Below are positions 25,074 to 37,000 of a stretch of 64,000 bases of DNA, one piece after another (position 1 is the stretch's first letter; every line of letters begins with the position of its first letter). Where the stretch lies: assembly GCA_051294905.1 (NCBI GenBank), contig CM119372.1, positions 19,098,001 to 19,162,000 on the forward strand, read 5' to 3'. The stretch comes from Botryllus schlosseri. Its lineage: Eukaryota. The notes below the pieces were generated by a model that was given only the letters and a program-made list of their open reading frames with translations, searched no databases and had not been told where the DNA came from. The position numbers and the translations under genes were made by a program.

Positions 25074-28000
25074 ATGAGTGCATTGCGCTTATGTTTTTTA
25101 TTTTTTATAATTCTTCAGCTATTACAAGGTGAGTAAGCTTTTCTGGTGACTTTACTGTTATAGCTCAAACGCATTACTTCGATATCATAAATTTGGTCAT
25201 TAGATGCGTCTGTTGCAATGCACTATGACTGCGCATAGAAATGATGCAATCTCCATCTACATGTAATATACGCGCTTTGTATAGAGAAAGAGAATTCATA
25301 TTTATTTTCGCCTGCACCATTGAGATACTGTGACGATGGAGATGCGGTACGACCTTTAAGAGACGTCATCTAGTCTGCACCACCGTATTTTTCTTCTTCG
25401 TGCTATCCGTAAATGCTGAGCGCCTAGCAGGATAGTCGCGGATACCAGTTTTCGAGTCTTTGGTCTTCCGGCCGGGGATTGAACCCACGACCAAGAAGCC
25501 GAACGCATCGCTATTACACTATCTCGCTCGGACTCCTCCTGTTTGGCGCATTTGGCATAGATAGACAGCAAAGTTCGTTCATTCATACAACAAATCGATT
25601 TAAGTCGAACCATTCCATCACCCTACGCCCCATCATTTCAACAGTAGACATCTAATATCTTTTGTACATTATCGGTAAACAATTTGTGATATCCCCACCT
25701 TCAGGTCAACGACATAGCACGCGGTACCATCCGCCAACGTTTTTTTCTGCTTTTCATTTGGCGCGTGGTGAAAAATAGTTGCCCATCCCCTGGTCCATCG
25801 TTTATATATTACCAACTTACGGAGTTAAGTAATCTATAATCAGTCACTCACTAATAATATATACTGGTGGTCAAAGTAGCAGAGATCGAAGTGCTAGCAA
25901 AATATAATAAACTTTGAGTAGGGTTCCTCATAGAATCACTTCGGAAAAAATTATTCAAGGTGATTGTACGATGTACGCCCATGCCACGTTCTATAGTAGA
26001 TACAATCGTACATTTAAATGGGCCGCTTTCCTGCCGACTGTGAGTCGCGCCACTCGAGATAATATGTGTCGATTAGCGCAATACCTTGAGAACACGTAGT
26101 CCTGTCCGTAATTACTAATTAGCGGTAATAGGCGTCACGCTTAAATATCCGTGTTAGCATCCGACTGATGGTATACCTCGATGATGCTAAAATCATCCTC
26201 AATTTATATGATATATCAATATCAATCAAGTAACAGGACAATTTTGGATGTGATACGAAGAAAAGTCAAGTATGAGCTCTGACCTCTTCCCTACTCATTT
26301 ACATATTTATTTAGAAATATGTTGAGTTGGCTTACCGAAAGCCCTATTGTCGGAAAATTCGGAAGCGTAATTTTTTACTTCCGTTGTAATAGTGATATTC
26401 GACGCATATGCACTCTACAGATATGTGAAATAGAGCTACTACGCACATTGTACTCAGGAATTAAATATCATTGTGGCATATTTCAGAAATAAGGGCGAAA
26501 TGTCCACACAATGAAATTTATCACCCTTACCAGCACCGTTGCTACTGCATACGCGGTTATACAAGACTTCACGGAAAACAATGCCTACGTAAGTAAAACT
26601 AAGCATGTCTTTTACAGGGCCTACGTGTAGCCCAAGAAAGTGTCATCCTGTCGAAAGTTTGTGTCATCTGCTAACCCGATCATTCACATGTGAATTGCAT
26701 TGAAGCCAATCACGCGTAGGTTATGTACTATCGTTCAAATGCTGACCAGTTGAAAATCACTGTATTGGAACGGATAGGCATGACAATTCGCGGAACCCGG
26801 CTATATAGGGTTACGAAGCAGACGCATTTAGAAGTTTTATGTATCATTGGTACTAAAAAGTCATTCTGGATTTCAAGTATAATGGCGGGGCAGCATATAA
26901 ATATGTAGCTAGGCCTATGAGTCTCAGTGTTACCTAACAGCAGTGTTGGGATCAAGTCACTACCTTCGAGTCACGAGTCATTGCACATTTTGACTCGAGT
27001 CAAGTCAAGTCACTCGATTTTTGGAGGTGACTCGAGTCAAGTCGAGTCAAGTCAAGTTAAGTCACGAGTCAAGTCACAATTCAAATCAAGTTGCCTTTTC
27101 GAATTATTAGGCTTAATTACGTCATTGCATTATGCTAGCTATGTCTGAAATGCAGATTGAGTGTTCATTGATTTTGAACCGATGAACAAATATGAAGTTA
27201 AATATATACACGCGAGAAGGTGCTGCATCGCTAAACTACGTAAGAATAATTGCATAGCCTCAGTTTATAGTTGCCAGCCAAAATAGAGAATAGAGAAACG
27301 AATATATAAGATGCAATACATTACTCATTAGGGCTCTTCAAAAATGACTTTTTTGTCAAATCGTACTGGCTACTTGATAAAATTGTTAGGTTACCTAATT
27401 TAAGCCTACACACAAAATTTGGTTCAATTCCAGCCAGTAACCGCTTTGCTACAGGAGAAGAAGGTTTCTATTTATTATATAAATATAAATAATAAAAAAT
27501 TTGAAAATTTTCTGTTCACCCCATGAAAGTGTTAGGCTCTCTATAGAAACGACGCTCACCAAATTTGTTTCAATTCCAACCAGTGGAAGCGGAGTTATTG
27601 CCGTCGAAAAATTTAGATTTGAATAAAATAGTATTTACGGTGACCGATTCTTTGTTTATTTATTATAATTGTGCTCACCGTAAATACTATTTTATTCAAA
27701 TCAAAATTTTTCGACGGCAATAACTCCGCTTCCACTGGTTGCAATTGAACAAATTTGGTGAGCATCGTTTCTATAGACAGCCTAACACTTTCATGGGGTG
27801 AACAGAAAATTTTCAAATTTTTTATTATTTATATTTATATAATAAATAGAAACCTTCTTCTCCTGTAGCAAAGCGGTTACTGGCTGGAATTGAACCAAAT
27901 TTTGTGTGTAGGCTTAAATTAGGTAACCTAATAATTTTATCAAGTAGCCAGTACGATTTGAGAAAAAAGTCATTTTTGAAGAGCCCTATTACCAGGCCTG

Positions 28001-31000
28001 TTTATTTTTGGATTTCTCCAAAAATAACTAAAATAGCTTAGTTTTGGATGTTTTCAAATTTTATTTTTGGAGAATCTCCAAAAATAAGAAATGAAGGTAT
28101 TTTTAGCCCAAATACTACATAGAAAACTTCACCGAAAGTATGTTATTATCATGTATTCATGTTCTTCTACACATCGACATCATCAGTGATCTTGATCTAA
28201 CTTTCTAATATTCGTCACAAAGTCTTTGGCCTGGAGAATGCCCTCCAAATAAAAATCAGTTGGTGACGCCCGGTAGAGACCTTTCTCCCAGTTGATTTTC
28301 GAGAAGTCGGCTTCGACCGTCGCAGTTGTGGGAAACATCGAGCCATGTGGGTCCAAAGAACTGTCGCTCGTCAATAATGCACCTGAAAGTGACGTCCATT
28401 TTGTATCAGACAGACATGGATTGGAATTGGTCTTCGATATTCTGTATCTACTCAGGTGTCCACTTGTTCGACAGCCCACCCCGGTGTTTGTCGATCAATT
28501 CACTGAGCTGCAAATAAAGCAGCTTACATATATGTATCACTGTTGTTTATATTATTAGAATCTAAAAGAGCAAGAAGTGTTTGTTCTGTCCTGCCTACGA
28601 GGTTGCACCACTTGATGTGGTAGACAGGGCAGAACCCTTTCATTGTCGGCAACTTCAATTTTCTTTATGCCGTCGATGAGCCCTGCTATAAAGGCTCCTG
28701 GCTGCCTCGAACGTGGACTGCTTCTCTTCTTCGTCGATATTCTCGAGAAGGTCGAGGACTGCACAGTGCGCACTCTGATCCTCCACGAAATTGCGTGACT
28801 CAGTGAACTTGATAGTCCAGCACCCTTTGACCAGAGGACCTTCCTTGCCGCGGGTGTCATTGTCCCAGTCCTCAGCGGGCACCGAGCTCGAAGGCGTTCG
28901 ACCAGGCGATGGAGCTCATCCTGATGCTCCACGATCAGATGACCAAGTCCCTGAATCTTTGTGACGGTAGTGCTCAGCTCTGTGGCCATGCGCTCGAGGA
29001 TGATTAGTTGGATCCACCACTGCAGCGGAGGTGCACAGGCCGGATTTTTATCGTTTATAACCCCGAGGAGTTTGGTACGTTGTCTAGTCAACCAAGTGGT
29101 CATCTTCTTAATTGACAACCAACATGTGTCTACAAACTTTAGGCACATACTTTTCTTTTCCTGGATCAAGTCCTGTTGCCGTTGGAGGTAGCCATTCAGT
29201 CCCATCATCGTGTGGACGAAGTTATTGTTGTAGAGGTGGCGGTATTCGGCCTACGTCACAAGGTCGCGCCCGCCCCACACTAGCACGATTTCATACCATG
29301 CCGCCTCTTCAACCCTTGTCGTGTCGCCTCTAATCCTTCCAGTAAGTGGAAGTACTTTTAGCGTTTCGGAGACCCCCTCCCGCTCACACATGCTGATTTT
29401 GTGTGTGTTTGTGAGTTTCCTGGTTGTTTTAACAGTATTTACACTGCTCTGACTCGTACATTTCACTAAAAAACTTGAAAAAACATCATCCAAAAAAAGC
29501 TTATTTTTGGATGTTTTCAAATCTTATTTTTGGAGAATCTCCAAAAATAAAACCAAATATCCAAAAATAAACAGGCCTGCCTATTACCCATTTACAAATT
29601 GATATGATACAAATTGAGCCTGCGACAATGGTTGAGGACTATATAAACTATATTCTAATTCAATCTCAATAGAACAAGAGGTTTGGCTACGGTAAGAACA
29701 GAGAACAGAAAATACATTTTGCTATTAAATGACTTTACTATACTAGTTTACGACAACGTAGGCAAGCTTCGATCACTTCGTTTGCGGTCAATTTATTTGT
29801 GAGAGAACAAAGGAGGCTCAGTAAAACGCACGATCATTGAATGGTTGGTCGCTCTCACGGGTTACACCAGCGTTTCGCGAACAATACGAACATATGCAAG
29901 TTACTGTGATTTTTATCGACCCCGATTACTTGCTGGTGACTTGAAATTGACTCGTGAAATTTGCTCCGAGTCACGAGTCAATCCACATTTCTGATACGCC
30001 GAGTCAAGTCAAGTCAAGTCATTTTAGCAAAGTGACTCGAATCAAGTCAAGTCATACGAAAAAGTTGATTCGAGTCAGACTCGAGTCATCCCAACACTGC
30101 CTAACAGGGGTTCTATTCAAATGTGTTGTAGCAGGAATCAGGCTGTAAAGTCGTTTACCTAAACGTTGTTCCACTTCAGCTCGACGACTTTGCTCCGGGA
30201 AGAGATGTCCCATACATAGCCACTGCGAGCACGGTGTGTGCGTTTGCGATGCTGGCTGCCAGAGGACTGATGGTGTATGTAGGCCTACAGGTAAGGGAAT
30301 CACATCGCAAATTAGCCTATAGCTAACATTTAATGATTCCAATCCAATTCTGTACATTTCGCATAGTCGCCTTTCTAATTAGGCATGTTCGTAGCAGCCA
30401 TGGGGGGATTACATCATCAATGTAACCGAAACTGCAAAATTTCGATGAAGTCGATTAAGATTGCGATTGTTCGGAAAACAATCTCTATTACTCATCATTG
30501 CATATATTTTGCTTGACTCGAGCCTTGATTACACCGAAAAACAATATACTACGATTGTGATGAGAATGCCGATGAGAACTATTTTCGTTTTAGACGTTCA
30601 AAAATCATGAAGGTGCCCACCACCTACAAACTAGAAAGCACTTGATAGCGGACTTCTTGAACCAAGTACTCCCATTTTTAAGCCTGAAATGCAATAGTAA
30701 TTCAACGATAATATGCCCTTATTTGGCGGTTATTACTAGTCTGAATTTATCTAGGTAAACCACGACCAAGTGGTAGTAAATAGATCATAGAAGCTCATCG
30801 AAGTATAGTCATAAATAGTTCACGATATGGTTTCAACTGTGAACTCCGAAATTCATACGGAAATGTTTTGCACGGGAGTTGTTGATTGTTTGACATTTAG
30901 CATACTGTAGTGTAGTAGAAATGTCACCAACACACAAGATATAAATAGATGAACAATCAGAACGTCTGCTGTGGAATTCGGTGACCACATTCACGGCTAA

Positions 31001-34000
31001 TTCGGATATCCTTGAATTTACAGCGAAGCTTTCTTGTGCCAACCATCATTGCGGTCAATTCAGTCATTGTGTAATGAAGGGAAATGCTCCAAGGTGCGAA
31101 TGTGATGAAGGCTGTGACATGATTGCAGATGGGACATGCAGACGTAGGGTGCCAGCAGTCGAATCGACCCCGTCGCCAGTGAGTTGTGTAGTGATGCTGA
31201 ATTTACGTTTTAGCGACTGACCCTTGCCGAAGTGTGCATTGCCCCAGCAATACTCAATGCGTGCGGCATTTGGATGTAGCACTATGTCGTTGCATGGAGG
31301 GATTTACGATGACGAAAACTGGTTGTAAAGGTACGATTTTATATTTCTTAATCACATTATACAGTGACGATTGAACAGGGAAGAACTGCAAGCAGTTGAA
31401 AAGCATTTCTTCATCAAAATTATTAATACCCAGTACCAACCAATACTTGTCTTTATTATGTAGTAAGATTGTAAAATGTACGTCATAGCTACATTGAAAT
31501 ATGCAAAACGCATCTAAGCTTCATCACGTATAAGTCGTAGATAAACTAAAATAATTCGAACACTTTATTTTTCACAAAATTTCTGTACGAGCCCAAATCA
31601 CAAAATATTATATGAGAATATTTCGCTCTGAAATATTTCTGGGCGTTTTGTTTTCAAAATCAATGCGGCCAAGCTAAATGTGGTCGCCAGCTTTCAATTA
31701 GGGTGATCACTGGTCACGGTCAGTGTGGTGTCTTGCCCGATTGGCTCAAAAATAAAAGCGTTGCGCATGATCTGAACACTTTCAAGTAGGGATGGTGTGA
31801 ACGTGAGGTTCACGTTCGCGTTCTGTGTGTGAACCTCAGAAATTTAGAGGTTCACGTTCACAAACGAACCTTGGTAGGTTCTGCTCTGTGAACCTTTTAC
31901 ATATATTACAATTTCCCCTTCATTATAACATCTTTGGTGGAAATTTATTGCATTTCAACTGCGGGCCACTTTGAGCACAGTGCCATAAAAAACAATCAAC
32001 ACTAAACGAGCATGCATCTTGACAATCTCAAAATTTTTACTTGCTTAGTTACAAAAGTTTGCTCGAAATATCTAGCTTTCCTTTCATGAATATTTAGTGA
32101 CTATCAGCTGTGAGTTTGACCCGCAATCACACAACACCAAGAGCGAAATACACTGCGTGTAGGTAGTCTCCTAATGATGCTTATTGTGCCAATCAATGAA
32201 ATTGATATCGTTGTCTGATGTAAAAAATCGAACTAGCGTATGGGTTCAATCTTGATTTGATATGTTTATTGTATCATAAAAAAACAAAAACAAATTCATG
32301 CGATTGGGGTGTTGGCTAATGCTGTGTAACCTGATAATTGGGTAATATCGGTCGCAAGTATAGAAACCCGTTTTACACTCTGCTCAATATCAGCGTAGCA
32401 ATACTCAGACGCCAAATACATTGTCCGGTCTGGCCTAGACCGTTAAGGCGTTATTTTATATTCCCTTGCAAGTCCTCGTCGAAGGTGTTCGCAAAGTGAA
32501 GGATGTTGGAAATATGCGGCGCAAGTCTGCGCTAGGTATCAAGTACTGAATACTGATGTACATTAGGCTATCACTACACTGAAATACAGGGTTGAAATTA
32601 GCAATATGACGTCACGTGACGTCACGAGGTTCTCGTTCGCGCTCACACCGAACCTTTCAATAAGGTTCGTGTTCACACGATCCTGAACCTTTCAGAGGTT
32701 CACACCATCCCTACTTTTAAGCACCAGAGTAAGGGTTAATTGAACCACTTACTCCCATGTTTAAGCCTGAAAAACCTAGCAGTGCTTCACGCGATCGGCG
32801 CTATAAAGCGTGGAACAGTTTGTATTTTGCAATGCCAACCTTGACTATGAGAAAGTAGGTCAAATCACGGACACGTAAAGAAGTACAGCCATGAATTGCC
32901 CAAGACTCCTCGAGAAGCCTCCATATTATAGACTTTCAGAATCGATGTGCAATTCATACCGAAATGTTTGGTAGGAGAGTTGTTGATATTTTGACATTTG
33001 ACTCACTGCTTAGGAAGGGTTGCAGACAGATAACGTACTTGTAGAACAAGGGCGTGCAACTTCTTCAGTCGGCGGCGGGCCGGACATGAAAAAATGAAGT
33101 ACTTGGCGGGCCTGATTCCTGCGTATTTATCCACCTATACAAGGATTAATCGTATTCAATGCACACTTCAAATTTGAAGAATATACCCAAGCAGTACCTG
33201 TGGCCGATCATATTGTGTACCTGTACAGGTTCTTTGAACTCCGGCTGCATGTCGGACACAAAGAAAATAAAGTACTTATTTGTGTCTGAATAAAAAGGAG
33301 GAAAAACCTAGAGTCACTATAATTTGACGTTATTATTATTATTATTGTGGAAAATTGCGGAAGACCGTGACCGCCGGCCATATTATCATTGAAGAACGAA
33401 AACTGTCTGGGGCCGCTCAAAATCACGCCGCGGGCCGTATGTTGCCCGTCCCCGAATGTAGATGAACAATTGAACATAGAGAAAATCAAATTCCGTGATC
33501 AGAGCTTCGGCCGTGGACTTCAAGTAACCACATTCAGGGATATGCTTGAATTTACAGCGAAACGTTCGTGCGCCAACTATCACTGCGGTCAATTCAGTCA
33601 TTGTGTAATGAAGGGAAATGCTCCAAGGTGCGAATGCGATGAAGGCTGTGACATGATTGCGGATGGGACGTGCCGACGTACGGTGCCAGTGCATTCGACC
33701 CCGTCGTCAATGTGTAGTGACGTTCAGTTTGCGTTTCAGCGAGAGATCCTTGCCAAAAATTACGTTGCCCCAGAAATAGTCAGTGCGTTCGACATTTGGA
33801 TGTTGCACTATGTCGTTGCCTGGAAGGGTTTTCGATGACGAAAACCGGCTGTGAAGGTACGTTGACGCGTTTATTTTACAGTTATACTTGGTTTTAGTTA
33901 GTCACGTTATGCAATAATGATCTGTGGAACACGAAAAGAAGTGCAGGTATAGTTGCAAAGCATATCTGCACAATGAATTACTTATCTCCAGGCCGTGTCA

Positions 34001-37000
34001 TTTTTGGCATCCAAAATTACCAAAAATAGCTTATTTTTGGCATTTTTCAGATTTTATTTTCGGGTTGTTTGAGAATGCAGCCTGAAGCGGGCGGTAAACT
34101 CCATCTAAGACTGAATACGGTCGCGAGACCGATAGCGAACAAGTACTGACATTATTGACATCGCCGGAAATTCGTACTTGTATACTCGAATTAACGATGT
34201 CAAACAATGTATTCTTTAATCTTTCATATCAAAAGTAAGTCACAAAACGTGCAATATCCACTTTGTGTCATCAAGCAGCGAGAGTGAAGACCGAATTGAG
34301 AACGGTGTTGGAGAGTCAATTCACCAAATACAAAACCGACCGACTGCTTCTGCAATATCTAATCCGAATAGTCGATTTGATATGCGTGCATAATTACTTG
34401 CATTCACACAATACCACTTATGATAACAATTCAAAATCGTTGCTGACACGTTTGAATCATCGCCCTTCACTCTCGAACCAATGGTAAGATATCACGAGTG
34501 GCTTCAAAATTTAATATAATATGAAAAAATATCCAACGGGCAAACAAAAAAGCAGTAAATGACTGAACGTTTGCAAGCCTGTGTATGGTACGCATTGATA
34601 GGCGTTGCGTCTTTGCGACTGAGGCATTTTGCACTGTGAAGTGTCTATGTTCAATTGTTCATTGATGAAACTATATCCCTGTTCTCCAACGGGACACATT
34701 CGATCAGTGATTGCACCATATGCTGACATTTTCATTAACAAGTTGAAGGTAAATGGAAGTATATATACGCATTGGCCTAATGCAGCATGGGTCGCGCGTG
34801 CCAGCTACATTGAGGTAACAAAATGCACGAGCGGCGACAATGAAAATGCCTAGTCATCGAGTTACATCCCTAATTATTGGATATAATTTACCACCCGGGT
34901 TGATCAATCCACAGTATATCTTAAATCCAGATTTCAGTACTAAACTTTTTGGCCTCGACCCTAAGATATTCATTTGCATTGCATGTTATCTCCAATACAA
35001 ACCGATACGTGTCTTTATTACGTACAGCACATGAAAGATTAGATATATTGAAATACGCACAGGAGTATATTAGCTTCATTGCAGAAAAGAACGAAAATTA
35101 TTTGGCCGCTGTAGTTTTCGCGAAATTTCGGTAGGAGCCAACATCGTAAAATACTAAATGATCTCGCTTCGCCATGACGTTTTTCCGGAAGCTAATCTTG
35201 AAAACAGCTTACCATTATATCTATAGACTTGTGAATGGACGTGATATTAAAAAGGTCCGATGCATTATGCATTTCTTCTCTGCAGTAATTCAGATTATGG
35301 AGTCACTTCTATGTTATTGTGAGTTTTGTTATTTTTGAGCCGTATTTTTAAATTCACGGAACCACCGTACCATGTTGGGCCGGATTTCCGGCTGGACTTT
35401 TTCATTTTTGGCCGAAGCCGGATCGGCCGAGCCTGATACGGCCGGAGCCGGATTGGAGCCGGACCAGAGAATTGGCGAACCGGATCGGAGCCGGACCAGA
35501 GAATTTGTCGATCCGCTCCACATTATTAGATATGCCCTCAGATCACAGACTCTGTGACATCAAATTTGTCACTAGCAATGTATAATTGTACGACGTACGT
35601 TGATAATATAAGAATTCATTATAACAAGCGATAGTCAAAACTCAAAACAATGGTTTTCTGTTGAGTGTAACTACGTCACTACACATGCACTTTACCTGCA
35701 CCGGACTGCAGGTTGCCAGTTTGCTTAACAGCATTTACGCATTTAGCTCAAGACCCGTGTGCGAATAAGATATGTCAAAAATACAGCCACTGCCAAGCTC
35801 GCGGTCAGCGAGGGATATGTGTCTGCGACGAAGGATGTGACATGACCTCGGATGGAACTTGTCAACGTATGAAAAATTGGGCTATCACGTAATTCATTCA
35901 CGCGTTGATAGTGATATTACATCTACAGCGGTGAATGCGTGTTATGGAGTGACCTGTCCATCAAATTCGATTTGCAAAGTTAGAGACGATATTCCGACTT
36001 GTTTTTGTCATTCTGGATACCACATGACGCACGAAGGAGTTTGCGATAGTAAGTTGAGATTATAGTGTCTTCTTTGCTGTCAGTTATACCGTTATGTTTG
36101 TTCGCAGAAGCTAATCCTTGCGCCAAACATCGTTGTCCTGCACTCAGCCACTGTAAACTTATATCGGGAAAGCCGTCGTGCGTGTGCGACGACGGTTGTT
36201 CAAGGGGCCCTAAAGGGACCTGTAAACGTAAACGGAATACTTTATATCCAATTGCTATATGGTGAGGAATTTAATTTAACTTGTAGGAGATCCAGTCGAT
36301 CCATGCACAGTGAAAGAGTGCGAGGCCAACGAATTATGCGCCGTTTACAACGGAAACGCCTATTGCGTCTGTAAGGCGGGATATGTGAAAGACAATTTCA
36401 AGAAATGCACCAGTAAGTGCCGAGGTCCTGATAATATAACAGAGGCGGTCAGTAACAAAGTACTTCTACTTAATCAATGTACCCTAGTATAGGGTTACCA
36501 TACGCCCCCTTTTAAGAGGATTTGTCCTCTTTTTTTAAAGTGTCCTCGGAGGACGCCCTTTTGTCCTCTTTTTTGAGAATGTTGGTCATATTTATAGCAA
36601 AATTCGACTGAGATGCCGTAAATCAGCACCGAAGTGACGCTCCGGCGGGTATTTCGGGAGCTGAGTGGAAAGTTGACCTCTTTTTAGTCAACCGATCACA
36701 AAGTGGGAAAATTTACCATTTTTTGAGAATTCTCCTCTGGTTTTGCAAGTCTGAAAATTCTGAAAAAGTGTCCTCTTTTCAGATTTCCAAAATATGGTAA
36801 CCCTACCCTAGTAGGCTTGGTGTACTTGCAAGTATGTATATTTTGAGACTACTACCACTGCTTGAACATTTGTTTAGGCAGATCTACTTACTTTCCACAC
36901 TTCGGATTCTGAGAAGTTGAATGTATAGTTTTGAGATACGGTTGCATGCCTCTTATGTTAACCTCTTGCAATAGGCATTGCACCAACTGTCGAATATATC

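Larger units (their letters stand above)
26941..30099. mobile_element. hAT-type element with GAGTCAAGTC subterminal repeats, hosting a foldback element and a family E transposon
   Basis: TIR CAGTGTTGGGAT / ATCCCAACACTG; 8-bp TSD CCTAACAG. Confidence 0.88.

Noticed and set aside
20619..25074. CUB exons and EGF exons as one gene (cubilin contains both domain types)
   Set aside because: Cubilin's EGF repeats are N-terminal to its CUBs; here a stop codon, polyA signal, TATA/Inr and a new signal-peptide exon separate the two
34060..34146. Functional rRNA locus
   Set aside because: Only 87 nt with no flanking rDNA; lies inside an intron
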